A stretch of 64,000 bases of DNA from Takakia lepidozioides (taxonomy: Eukaryota > Plantae > Bryophyta), in NCBI GenBank assembly GCA_030704615.1, contig CM060733.1, positions 14,012,001 through 14,076,000 on the forward strand, in the 5' to 3' direction. Under the pieces are notes generated by a model, which ran no database searches, was not told where the DNA came from, and was given only the letters and a program-made list of their open reading frames with translations. Below are positions 11,666-24,049 of the stretch, in pieces. A program made the translations under genes and the position numbers. The first letter of the stretch is position 1. Every line of letters starts with the position of its first letter.

Positions 11666-12096
11666 TGTCATGGCTTTAGTCATGGTTAACTAGAATTACC
11701 TACTTTTAGTTAACTATAACTTTTGGATATTTATTATGTGTATTTTGTGTGTTGGGACTTCATTTGGTCTCATATGCCAAGTGAGGTGTCAAGCCTCACT
11801 TGGGACATGGGGATAGATTTTCCCCTTGTGAAGGTTGAGGAGGGTTCATCTTCTTGTAGTGATAATGGAAAGTGAACACAATGGAAACACTCCACTCATG
11901 AATCCACTCAATCACATAAACTAAGTCAAGCCAAGGGCACCCTTGCTAAGGAAATCCACCCTACAAAGCCATCAACACACTCCCTCTTAATATCTAGAGC
12001 GATGGAGGTATTGTGGCATAGCTTTCTAGGATTGTGTGCTTAGAATGTATGGTGGACAACGATGTATATTGTGGCACGATGCTTAGGTGCACGACA
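11666..12096 (+). mobile_element. Solo LTR of the same family, with an internal inversion
   Basis: TGTCATGG...GGTGCACGACA termini and a perfect 4-bp TSD TGGT; 11901-12009 is the reverse complement of 55852-55959 of the sister LTR. Confidence 0.85.
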
Positions 12097-12488
12097 TGGT
12101 CAACTTGTCACTATGTAATTGGTTCTGGTTTTGATAGAGCCCACCCGAGTCAAAGAAATCAGTACCTGCAAAGGAAAAAACTCTTATTTAAACTGGCTCT
12201 GGCACGTCATATCTATATGTGTGTGTGTGTGTGTGGTGTGTCAGTTATTATGGTGGAAGAGACCATCTTATCTTTCCATTCTATGGAATGGTCTGGACCT
12301 AGATGACATTATGTCCAGTGAGTTGCCAGTGAAGAAATTTTGACGAGCTCATTCCATTGTGTAATCATTTATAGGTGACAATTTTTTAATTTAGTTTTTG
12401 AGGCCGAAAGCGGTATCCCATATTATATTAAAACAAGGTAGAAAAATTTAACCATCAAGAATGTCGTGAAGGCTGACAAGAGGGGGAT

Positions 12489-14940
12489 TGTCAAGGACAA
12501 GGACATGACTGAACACAAACAAGAGATCAGACTAAAAGTACAAGACTAGATAAGAAGTCAAGGTCGGCGTGGCCGAATGCATGGTGGGTAAACATGAATC
12601 AAGATGATCTTTATAACAATGGACAAAAGTACAAGATACTGGAACTCGACTCGAATACTGGAATACTGGAAACTGGATTAAAGTATTGGAAGCTGGACTG
12701 GAGTACTGGGACTGGGAACAAGAGTAGCTTGAACTTGTGTTGGCGAGACTGAAGAGTGTCCAGTCTCGCCTCCTATATATATTGTCTACTAGGAAGTTCC
12801 CTAAGAAGCTTCCCCAATGGAGGTTTCTTGATGGAGAAGTTTCTTCAACAAAGATTTCTTGATGGAGAAGCTTATTTAAACAAAAGATGTATCTTGATGG
12901 AGAAGATTCTTCCAAAGGAAGCTTCCTGAGCAGTTTCCCAAGTTACTCTTAATTTGGTAAACTCTTGATAACTTGATAACTAATGGTAAATCATGGTAGA
13001 TCAGGGTAATCACGGTAAGTCATGGTAATTTTTGGTAACATGATAACTTGGTAACTTTTGATATTTACTCCTGGTAAGTTCCTCTGGGCTATGTCCGTGA
13101 CATCACCCTTCCTCTAGCGCCGAGTTCCTCGAGGAGCGGTAAAATCTTGGAATTGCTTAGAGTTGGAGAAAATCCAAAATCCGGCGAAGGGTATTTGCCA
13201 AGTATTCGGCTCTTCGTTCTTGACTCAAATGATTTATAGATCCCTGTAACCATCGATAGTGTCCAACACCTTGAATTTGGACCATGCAGTGATTTGAACA
13301 TTCTGATTTTCGAAGCTGCCTTCAAACATGATTTGCCCTTTGGGTCCGAAGGCTCAACCTCCAACAGAATTATCAGACTTCGAGTAGGCTTCACTTACCG
13401 TCGGGGTCCAGACGAGGAAGTACGCGTCGCATTGGTGGCCCATCGTCTCGAGAGCGTCGGCGTGATGTTGAAGGTCGTGAGAGTCGGAACGGCTGATCTG
13501 GTAATTGGCTAAGTGACAGCTCCAATGTATCTGGTTCCTGTGACTCCATGCTGCCAATACAAGATGCAAGAATGCTGGAAGTGTAGCTATATATACTGAT
13601 GTTTGGTGCTTCTTCATCCTTAGCGTGTATCAGGTACATTGAATGTGGAGTCTTCACCTTGAAGCTAACTTAGTTAACATCATCGTTGTGACGTCTTATT
13701 GACGTGTAGTTCGGGGCTTAGCTGGATATTGTTGATGAAACTCTTGGACTTTGTCAGATGCATTGGCGAGGTTGGATGAAGGTTCTCATGTTCGTTCGCT
13801 GATGTCGTTGCCTTTCCAATATATGAAAATACTTAAGACGTTTATACTTGATGCGAGAGTCTAGGACTTCGTCAACTTAATACTCAATTTCCTGATTGAC
13901 TTCGATAGGTGGAGGTGGTACGGAGACTCTCCCTGGAATATTCGATGGATGATATAACTCTAATAATGAAATATGAAAGACTGGATGGATGCGCATACTT
14001 CGTGGGAGTTCAAGCCAAAAATTGACCGGATTTATTTGTCGAATAATTTTGAATGGTCCCAGACGTTGATAATCCAATTTCCTTGATGATCGCGAGGTTT
14101 GTATGTCCCATCGAAGAAGCCACACATGATCTTCGACCTTGAACTGGATTGGAGTTGACGATGTTGATCTGTATACTCCTTGTATTGTTTTTGAGCTTCT
14201 GCGAGGTGGAATGTAAACTCCTTGTAAATCGTAGCAAGATGAGTAGCAAGGTTTTCTACAGCAGGGTTTCCAAAAGTCTTCATGTGGAAAGAGTTTGCTC
14301 GAGGATGATGACCATATAATTGGAGAAAAATGGAGTTTGCTTGGTCGAAGATTGTATAGTGTTGTTGTAGGCAAACTTAGCCAATGACAAAAAGTGTGTC
14401 CAATTATCTTGATGATAATTTATCGTACAACGAAGATACTACTCCAAAATCTGGTTTACACATTCGGTTTGACCATCAGTCTGTGGATGATTAGCTGTAG
14501 AGATATTGATCTTAGTATCCAATATGTGAAATAATCCCCTCCAGAAATTTGATATGAACTGTGGTCCTCGATCAGATACGATGTCCTTCGGGAGTCCATA
14601 AATGCGGTAGATATTATTGAGGAAGAGTCTTGCAGTTTCCTCGCCGGTAACCGTCTTATTACATGGAATGAAATGTGTCGTCTTCGTAAAACGATCTACA
14701 ATAACAAGGATTGAATCGGTGGTCTTGGAAATTGGAAGGTCCGTAATAAAGTACATAGACACAGATGACCATAGACCCTTGGGAATGGGTAATGGTTGAA
14801 GAAGGCCATAAGGTCGATGTCGTGGTCCCTTCGCTCTAGCACACGTGTCGCAAGATTTTATAAATTCTTTCACGAGTTTCCACATCTGCGGCCACTAATA
14901 GTCCCTAGATATCAATTCCATTGTTTTGTTGAAATATACA
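12489..14940 (-). mobile_element. Ty3/Gypsy chromovirus (Tcn1-like), 5'-truncated: integrase, chromodomain, PPT and 3' LTR (12489-13102)
   Basis: Integrase SCDTCARAK...LQPLPIP...FITDLP...VDRFTK...SDRGPQF...HPQTDGQTE (14439-14885); [14 protein letters not shown]...HPVFHISLL; chromodomain EIEY*VDEVLDSR (~13890-13750); purine tract next to an LTR with TG...CA ends. Stops and frameshifts are present. The Tcn1 assignment is an inference. Confidence 0.88.
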
Positions 14941-15987
14941 GGTGCGCATTTCTACCTCACTGGCAGGGACCGCAATACGCATTGGAGTCCAACCCATGTT
15001 TAGCGTGGTCAGGTGGTGCGTTGAAGAAAGTATAGTACTGAAATGGTTCGCAATGTGTCGACACTGAAGAGGACAGCTAAAGAGGAGCGTGTTGCACACC
15101 AGAATGTTGTAGTAAGCACTCGGACAAAGTTGCAGAATGAACGATCAGTCTCTCATCTGCTGTGTTGTCTTATTCTACGTTGCTGTCATCTGTCTACCTT
15201 TCCCAAATGCCAAACTTTCATTAAATCTTATCAAGTGCTTCAGGACGGATTTTAGGCACAATTTCTAATGTTTGTGCAAACGACATTGATCGTTATGCTT
15301 GGTTTCCATAAATGTTAGAATGATATCCTCACTCAACATTCATCCGCTCTATCATCCATTCATGATATTTCATCCACATTTGTCCACAACTATTTATCCC
15401 CATTCATCCATACTAGCAGTGTCCCATCCACATTGGCTCTGCTTCATCCTCATTAACTCATCCACAACCATTCTACACTGATGACAACAACGTAAAATAC
15501 CACATTAGCATGACATTAAATCATCTGAGGACCATTGTAGACTGATGATCTGGTCATTAATACATCCACAACCATTTCAGTCTCTACATACACTATCATT
15601 CTGCAACATTCACCAACAAACCCTAAACTCTCTTCTGCACCTCGTCTCGTCGCCCACACATGGTTCCCTGTCTGCCAAATGCGCAATCCGCGGCTATAGG
15701 CCCCCATTTGCCTGTTCGGTCCGCGGTTATAGGGCCGTGCCTATGAAAATGATGTGGCATGACGTGACGTGGCGTCGGACACGCTGGCGAGGTCAGCTGA
15801 CGTGGCGTCAGACCGGTCAACCAATGTGGCAAGAACTGATGACGTGGCGCTCACGCGCTCACGCGGAAGCATCCCCCCTACGAAAGCAAGGCCGCGCAGG
15901 TGATGGGGGCTGCTGTTTGGGGTTCACAACAATGTAGGAAAATGGTGTGGTGTGGTTGGTTGGAAAAACGTACACCCATTTCCAGAT

Positions 15988-16261
15988 GCTTCAAAGCACA
16001 CCATTTCTGCTACGTATTCAATCCATTTCAAGTACCCTCCATGTTTTCTGTTGCTGTCTAAAGAGCCATCAAAAAGAGCATTTTGGGTGGGGCAGAAACG
16101 GTGTGCTTCAAAATCCACCATTTCTGCTATGTATGCAATCCATTCAATTACCCTCCATGCTTTCTGTTGCTGTCTGAAGAGACCTCAAAAAGAGCCTTTT
16201 GGATGGGGTAGAATTGGTGTGCTTCGAAGCACACAATTTTTGCTATGTATTGAATGCATTT
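15988..16261. repeat. Tandem repeat, ~116-bp unit, about 2.4 copies
   Basis: GCTTCAAA..CACCATTTCTGCTA.GTAT..AATCCATT..A.TACCCTCCATG.TTTCTGTTGCTGTCT..AGAG...TCAAAAAGAGC.TTTTGG.TGGGG.AGAA..GGTGT repeated. Confidence 0.85.
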
Positions 16262-17489
16262 GAAGATGGTGGATTCTTTGTCGTCTTATATGCAATATGC
16301 AGTATAGGTCGGTGGTTTACAGTCCTATCTATTCATTGAAGCCATGGGGTCTTCTTATATAATGGGGTCTAATTTCATCATACTGCACATGCCTATTCCC
16401 ACGGATATAGGTCCAACGGGAATATGTACCTTTTTTTTGACCGCCCATCCTCTGGCATTTGCTGATGTGGCCTCCGCTCATGCTGACGTGGCGTGAGGGT
16501 GGGCTCATGCCACGTCACAGTGCGTCAACCTTTGCTCACACCACGTCAGCCCCGCGTGAGCGTGCGCTCACCGCTCATGCTGTAGCGTCGCTCCACGCAA
16601 GGTAGATAGTGCATGGGTTGGCGAAAGCCCCAACATCAACCCACCATATCCACAGTAGAGTAATGGCGCCAAGGTGAGGTGACCATGGGCCCCGCCACCT
16701 ACCCCGCCACTCGTCATTACATGTGAGGCTGAATGGCAGTGGATCCTTTGGTAGTGCGGGAGAATGCCACACTCCAAACGGACTGTAGATTGTGCGGGAG
16801 TGGGGCGAAATTTGGTGAGAGTCACCATTTTGAAGTACGAGAATGTGCTGCTGGGGACACGCGATCTTGTCCAAAATCGGCGGCCGCGCTTTGAAGATAG
16901 AGCGCCAGAAACCCCGCCTGCTGGGCATGCTCTTAGAAATTCTAAGTCCCACGGTCTCTCTCACCGCAACCTGCGGAGCCCCCTCCCCCCTTCCCCCTCC
17001 ATCGCAAACTCATAGTTTCTATTTATAAAACCGGCAGGTGATTTTGAGTGCCCTTTCTATGTCCAATAAGTTAAGTACTCCGTCCTGGGGACAGGCGCCT
17101 CAAATCCAGGAAAGTCCTGGGGCGAGGGCTTTACCTTTCGTAAAAAGCAAAGCTGCCCGTTTCTCCTCTGCGTTGCCACTATGGTTTCATTGTCACGTCA
17201 TTGTAGCTCACTGCCCAAGTTTGAAAACTGTCTGCCCAATATTAAAGAATAATAGATCCATAAAGTATGGGGGGACAGATTCCATAATCTGGGATTACAG
17301 CCGTCGTCCCGGGGCAAAAACCTGTAATCACGTGCCAGGGAAAATTCCTGTCAGGGAAGCCCTAATTCTAACAAAGCCAAAAACACCTAAAAAGCGGCAG
17401 AAATTGTATTATTACACACTATGGAACGGTCTACCTGCGAGGAAGTTTTGGCGAGCCCGTTCCATCGCGTAAATATTTATAGGTGGCAG

Positions 17490-17640
17490 TTTCTCTTATG
17501 GCTGTGCATAACCTAGGTGATCCTGGGTTCAATCCTTCAACATGTGCCTTCAGACCGTCCAGTGCCCTCGATGGGCTGTGTGTTGAGCAGTAGGCTCTGT
17601 AAATTCACTGGACGTAAAGAAACTTTATCTTTATCTTATA
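17490..17640 (+). mobile_element. Putative tRNA-derived SINE (possibly 5'-truncated)
   Basis: B-box GGTTCAATCC (17526-17535) in a tRNA-like context TAACCTAGGTGATCCTGGGTTCAATCC; 3' end is a short tandem tail CTTTATCTTTATCTTAT (17623-17639). No clean A-box or TSD seen. Confidence 0.4.
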
Positions 17641-17725
17641 CTCGTCCTGCCCGAAATGAAAAAACGGGCAGGTGATTTGAACGCGCCTTTTAGGCCCAGC
17701 AAGACACCTAAAAAGCGGCAGAAAC

Positions 17726-17910
17726 TGCTACCTGTCAATATTTCTTGGATGTAAACGTCCACGTTACTGCAGGTTTCCACGGCAGAATGTGCATGTGGAA
17801 GCTGGAAACTGCGTGGTGCTACCTGTCAACATTTCTTGGATGTAAACGTCCACGTTACTGCAGGTTTCCACGGAAGAATGTGCATGTCGAGGCTGGAAAC
17901 TGCGTGGTGC
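17726..17910. repeat. 91-bp tandem duplication in the promoter region of the CD2BP2-like gene
   Basis: Units start at 17726 and 17817 (TGCTACCTGTCAA.ATTTCTTGGATGTAAACGTCCACGTTACTGCAGGTTTCCACGG...GCTGGAAACTGCGTGG) with few mismatches. Confidence 0.92.
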
Positions 17911-17983
17911 ACAGCCCGCCACTCTATCTTTCAGCTGTGGTTTTTGCAGTCCCATGGCTGCGGTGGCATCTTTTGATGCTTGC

Positions 17984-17991
17984 TAGGGTTT
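17984..17991 (-). promoter_or_regulatory. Telo-box (AAACCCTA) near the presumed TSS of the CD2BP2-like gene
   Basis: TAGGGTTT ~180 bp upstream of the ATG; telo-boxes are common near the TSS of plant RNA-processing and translation genes. An 8-mer can also occur by chance. Confidence 0.3.
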
Positions 17992-18166
17992 AGGATCCGT
18001 GTCACAAAGAAAGCTTCTCTCTCCACTGTATTTCGCTCACCTTTCTGCCTGTCTTCGAAATCGGGGGACTCTTTTTTGTTTTAGAGGTCGTTGTGTGTTG
18101 TTTCCGCTTGTCCTCGCCCTCTGAGAGAGAGAGAGAGAGAGGTTTGAGTGTGTGTGTTCCTCTGTG

Positions 18167-21100
18167 ATGGAGAAAGTTCAGCTCAGCCAACCCAATGCCA
18201 GCACCGCCTTCCGGGACCTTCTGTTTGAGGAGCCTGACCCCGATGAAGCTCCCAGGTATGGTGACGAGTGCGGGCCTGGACCCTGTCTTTTTTTTTAATC
18301 GCCTTTTGTCTCGTCTTTTAACAACTTGGGGTGAAAATGTTTGATCGGCTGAAGAAGGCCTGGGAGACCTTTTCTTTCTGGTGTTGAGTTCGAAATATCA
18401 TGTTACAGTTGTTCCCAAACCACCCCCCAAATCCGGCGTTCTACTTGTGTGTATAAGCCAGCTTTGAAGTGTCTGATGGGGGCAGATCATGAATGCACAT
18501 CTGAATGTGTCAGTAAGAGTCGGATGTTTTAGGCCTTAGCGAGAGGAATTCTGCCTTTGGATTGAGGCCATACTTCCTTCATGACCTGTTGCTCCAACCA
18601 GTTTGACAAACCATGTTCTCAACAATTCATTCAGTACGCCCACACATAGTCCCCCTCCTTCTGTCCTCATCGTTGAAATCCAATTGGTACATTCAACCTT
18701 GTATACATCTAACTACCAATGCATAATGACATTTGTAAATCTACAGGGCGAAAAAGCCTCGATTCCCTAAGGGGAAGAAGGAATTCCCAGGCGAGTCGGC
18801 AGCCCATAGATTGGCTGCTGTTGATGGAGAGGAGGATGGGGCAACTGTCTTGTCCACAGACCCACGCCTTGCTGCCAAGGAGCGGGCAATAAGGCGCTCC
18901 GCGCTGGCTGAACAACAGCTTATTAACTCAGAAGATTTATCAGTGATCAATGATGTTGCTGCAGCAGAAGAGGAGGTGGGTTTTATTGGAACATGGCTGG
19001 GCTTCACTCTTGTGGCAGTGAGGTGTTACCCAACTCCATACTCCCTTGAGGCCCCTATGCTGTAGAGTGGCAGTTGAACTTTTTCCAGAAAGTTGGAACC
19101 CATTAAGGATTTTCTTAGTTGGTGAAGCATTATTGTGGCTGGCAGCTTCGTGCCACTGCTTTTTGGTGGAACCTATTGTGCCCTGAATAGTGCACAACTA
19201 CACGGAGGGATGCAATTTCTTAACTTGAGAGTGGAGGTTTTGATGCTTTTGTTTCAGATGCTGACATCCTTGACCAAGATAGTAGAGAATAATAATATAC
19301 TGCAACATTTTCATTGTTCAGGAAGTGTACCTTGTGTCCTGATGAATTGGTTGGATGGTCTGCAATGTGGAGGGGCAGGGAGGTGTTGATCGAATCGAAG
19401 ATGGCATCCAGATAGAGCCCTTCAACCTGACGCAAGAGAGAGAGGAGGGCTATTTTGATGCGGAAGGAAACTATGTGGAGTACGCAAATGATGACGATCT
19501 CAAGGTTTTGTTGTACCAACTGTCCATTTCTGCCTTCATATTTTATAACCGTTGAACTAATATGGTGGGCCATTTCTGTGCATGTAGGCTATCTGCGTAC
19601 CGAGGTAACTTGGTGGCCTCTGCTTTTCCACTAGCCCACCACCCACCTAAAGTGTACATGAGTAAGCTGGTAGGAGTCTCAAATTTTGTCTACTAGCAGT
19701 GACACACAAGACGTAGGTCAACAGCTGAGCCCGTCTGTCTCAAGACTTGTTTGCCAGTTGTTGTTGTGCTTATAATAAATAGAGTATGTGGAAAGCATGG
19801 CAGGATGCATGGCTGGAGAGTGCAAAGGTTGATGAGCGTTTTGCTGGAAAGCTCAAGACGAAGGTGGAGGAAGAGGATGCAGATCTGACAAAGGAGGAGA
19901 TATGGACTATTCAGCGGCGAATTTCAGATGCCCTTCTGCCTGAAGAAACGGTGCACTTTTTCTTGTTCCAAGCATTCCCTGCCCGGCCGCTCATATAGTG
20001 AGTGGCCACACAAACACTGAAACAATAACAGTGGAAAGAACAGTTCTATGAGAGGGAAGGTTGTTGGTTTGGAAGTCACTGCAGGGATCTGCAGCTTTCC
20101 TTCCTCTGGAGTGCTTTGTAGATGACCAAACTCACAGGGACCCTTCAGCAGATTTGTGAAAATTAAAAAGATGAATTGCTCACAGTTTACATATACATGG
20201 AAGATGCAATAAAGGTGTCCAACTACAGTGAAGTGGGGGTTGAACCTCAAATGACAATATGCCTCCAAGCCTGATGTTGTAATGCTTTTGATGCAAGTTT
20301 CCATGCACAATTATTCTGGGTCCAGAAATATCCTGATTCATTACTTCTGTTGACACTCTGGTTTTGCAGGTTTTACAAGCCTTGAGGAGATTGAAGGGGT
20401 CATCATCTAAGGATGGAAAGCGTGGGGAACGAATGACAGAAGCCACCCAAATAATGTTTGATCGTCTCACTGAGGATGCCATGAAGCTCCTGGACAACGG
20501 TGACTACAGTATGTATCCCTGCCCCTCCCTGTGCCTGCAGATTGTGACAAGGATCTGCTCTCCCCAAGACTTTTGAGTGGAAGTTGAACCATGCTATGTG
20601 CATGTTTGTAGCTTAATGTGTTGTTTGTGATTACTTTGGATGCTTCTGAGTAGTGAAGTGGGGCTGCCTGCAGATGTTTATCATGACCTAAAGGAGACTT
20701 TCCAGCGTGAAGCTGGTGAGGTCATTTGCCAGCCTCATTGATTGCAGATCTCCCTTGTTTTTTCTGTATTTCTATGTGTCTGTCTATTTCTCAATCCTGG
20801 CCCAGGCCCTCCTGAGGCCTAGTTTTTGGGCAAATCACACACAGCAGATTGATGCTTGTGTGAAGGGATTTCTAGAGGATATCTGGAAAACCCGGATTAA
20901 TTCTTTATATGGAGGTAAGTCTTCCTACCAACGTCAGCCCCTGACAGAGGTAGGTTCTGTCCCTTTTGTTCCCGCTCAAACTGGGCGCGGGGTCAATGGC
21001 CACAAGGCTACGGCAAACAACGTCTTATGAGTACAATTCTTTCTCAATCCTGGCACAAATCTATGTCAATCTTCTTCACAACCACAGACACTGACCCCCC

Positions 21101-22934
21101 ATTATGCTCATGGCCTTTCGACCTCCACCCCTTCCCTGCTCTTTTATTCTGTGTCCCAACCATGGGCTGTATGGCATAATTTCTTTCAGAAGTTCCCATC
21201 CGACAGCATCTGTGGATGCTGCAAAGATTCTGCCAATGGCCGCGACCCGATTCTGGGAATTGCTCAGTGTTTTGGTATTACATCTGGGAAGATGCATATG
21301 TACATGAATATACTGTTTCCCCTATATGTTGGTATACAATATCAGTAGATCCCGAGGGCCTGGCAGATGAATGTCACCCAAGCCATACTGATAGATTTAC
21401 TGTCATAAACCCCAAGCTCAAAAATGACCCTGGGTACAGTGTTATCTTGCTAGGCTTTGTTGGACTAGCCTCTTTTTCCTCTATAAACTGTGTCAGAGGA
21501 GATATTTCTGCAGAGGGCTATGAGGCGCTTGCTCGGGCAAGGGGTGGCGACTCAATTGGTGCAGGCGTGCTTGGTAGCAGCCATGGAACCAACGGTATTG
21601 CATGTGAAGATATCTTAAACACGGACGATGACAAAAGACAGATTGCACCTTCTGCAACTCCAGTCTCTACTGCTGGAAGGAATGGTGAAGAGGTACTCAT
21701 TTCCATCATGGTTTCAATTGCTTCTGTGAAGTGCCTGGATGTTAGTTGAGCCTTATGTCGGTAGACTCTCTGCCAGGTCTAATCTTAGGCAAAGGGGAGG
21801 CAGACTGTGCCCCCCTATCCTAACGGAAGTCTTGCTGCAGTACCGGGTACTTGCCAGAGAGAGATACATGTATGGAGTTGACAATGCTTTCCTCAACTTT
21901 GTGGGTACAGACCATTTGCCCATTCGAAGGGGCATGGAAACGGGAGATAGGTATGTCCTCATCAACAAGTTTTATTTACTGCAGACTTCTGGCTCCCCCT
22001 ATTGTCTCCATGCAGTATCTCTAAGCTGATGAGTTGCTTTGGAACACCAATGACATATTGTCTTCATGGCTATTCCTGGAGGTTTCAGGTAGATATGTTT
22101 GGTGGGGGTGATGATGCCTTCGATATGTTTGGAGATGATGAAAACAATGCTTCAAGGAATGGTGGGGCTGGTGCTGCCAATGTTGTCAATACAGCCCTGC
22201 AACAGGGAGGGGAGGCACCAGCAGAAGGCACAGGCTATGTCTATGATGAGTCCTCTGGGTGAGTTAAAGTCAAGCAGTGAATTTTCTCCTGTTTCTGTAT
22301 GCTTCTTTTGTCAGCTAGGAACAAAGAGTTGGAGGGATTCGAAATGGTTTCAGATGTGTGCTTTTACTAGTCTGACACGACATGTGATGTCTGGGCTGAT
22401 CGCAGATACTACTACAACAGTGAAGTGGGTTACTACTATGATGGAAATACAGGGCTCTTTTGCTGTGCAGCATCTGGCAAATGGTAATTACCCGCTGAGC
22501 AGGTGCTTGGGGAGTTTTATTTCTAGTGTTGTTATCCTTGGCCATAGTGAAGAGGCTTGACTTGTTTTTGCATATGGTGAATGATGATATGATCAGTAAG
22601 GTCGGATCTTCCTTGTACTGACCAGGTAGTACTTTTTAATCACTCTTTGGTTCACTGTTGGTTTCTCCCAAAATGTTATATTTGGTTCGTTTCCACCAAA
22701 CCCCAAAGTCCATGGCCAGAAGGCTACAGCAAGTAGACATCTTCTATAAGTGGATTCGATACAGTCACTTTCTTGTTGTCTCCTTTCCCTATTCCAATGT
22801 AGGTGGCATCAAGTAACTAAGTGTGGTGTTATGAATTGACATTCTCAAGGTATTCATGCCTGCGCAGGTTTAGCTATGATGAAGGAAGCAATTCGTATGT
22901 GGAGATCCCAGAGACTCCAGAGACTCAGGGTTAG
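18167..22934 (+). CDS. CD2BP2/LIN1 (Snu40, U5-52K)-like protein with C-terminal OCRE domain
   Basis: 10 exons: 18167-18255, 18747-18975, 19379-19504, 19804-19950, 20370-20508, 20674-20715, 21514-21692, 22089-22258, 22406-22483, 22868-22934 (GT-AG, in phase). Motifs KKPRFPKGKK, DPRLAAKERAIRR, DGIQIEPFNLTQEREEGYFDAEGNYVEY, DAWLES, LLPEETVLQALRRL, DMFGDD; OCRE-like YVYDESSGYYYNSEVGYYYDGNTGLF...GKWFSYDE. Confidence 0.88.
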
Positions 22935-24049
22935 GAGGAAGAAGTAGATGTGTGTGTTTATGGGGGATGCGGATCTGGATCTCTCTTCACTCAAAACAGT
23001 GTGCTGCGTTGGGAGATGGGAATGGGTCATCTGCATGCTTCACAGAGATCTCGCTCTGATGTAACTCTATTTTCAGGATATTGTGATCGTGTGGTACAGA
23101 GCAGATTGTAGTTGGTGAATTCCTGAGACAGGAATGTGGGTTACACTTGCATCATCTACTCCACTCTTAAAGTGCTTACAATCTACTACCTGAAAGAGAT
23201 GAGAGGTCTCCCAATTTAAGGCTCACAGTTTGAGTACACATCCAACCAGTAGAAGTAGGAAGATGCGGAATAGATCTAGTCTTCGCCAATAGGACAAACT
23301 TTCTATAAGGTGTAGGGTATCAATGTGTTTTGACTGCGGATGGGCACAGTAGTCGAAGGGCCCCTTGTATAGTTTGTCTATTACTCAAGCCGGAAGCTTG
23401 TTCCAGCTTTCTTTTGGGTATATCCTGAGAGGTCACCCAGTGAATCTGATCCGTCTGTTTCTCTATGGTGATGTTCTGCTTTTGGTGCCATCATGGTTTT
23501 GTGCACACAATGCATCAGAGAAATGTACATGAATGAAACATTGAGATGTGGAAACAGTGGGAGGGCGGATGGGCTGCTTGCTAATGAGAGAATGGAAGGA
23601 GACGTTGTGAATATTAGCAAAGGGAATGTTGTAGAACAAGCAAAGAGACTAAAGAGATGGATGAGAGGGATTGCCGAAAAGGCTTTAAAGGGCGTAATCC
23701 TCTATCGACTCTCTGTGGCTCCAAGGAGCTCCTGAAAGGTGTGGCAGAGCCACTTGCTGGGTAGCTGCCAATGAGTACGAGCGAAGAGTACGAGAGTGTG
23801 GGGTGACCCCCCCGCCCTTATATGCATCCTGGGCTAACGACATCAGACTCTCCTCCCTGCGACAAGTTCGAGGATGCCATTGTTTTCACCGACTCCCCTT
23901 GACTCTTGTCGTTGTCTCCTGCTTCATATATCCAGACGTCCTGATGCTGGAGCACAGCTGGGTACTGCTTTTATATCAAGAGTACTTGGGTCGTTTAACT
24001 GTAAAAATTCGCCAACAGTCGGAGCCCGCCACCATCTCTCTCGCTGAGA

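Noticed and set aside
12940-13080. GGTAA-rich array (also 50390-50510) as telomere-like or regulatory repeats
   Set aside because: It lies inside the chromovirus LTR in both copies and is part of the LTR; it is not the plant TTTAGGG repeat.
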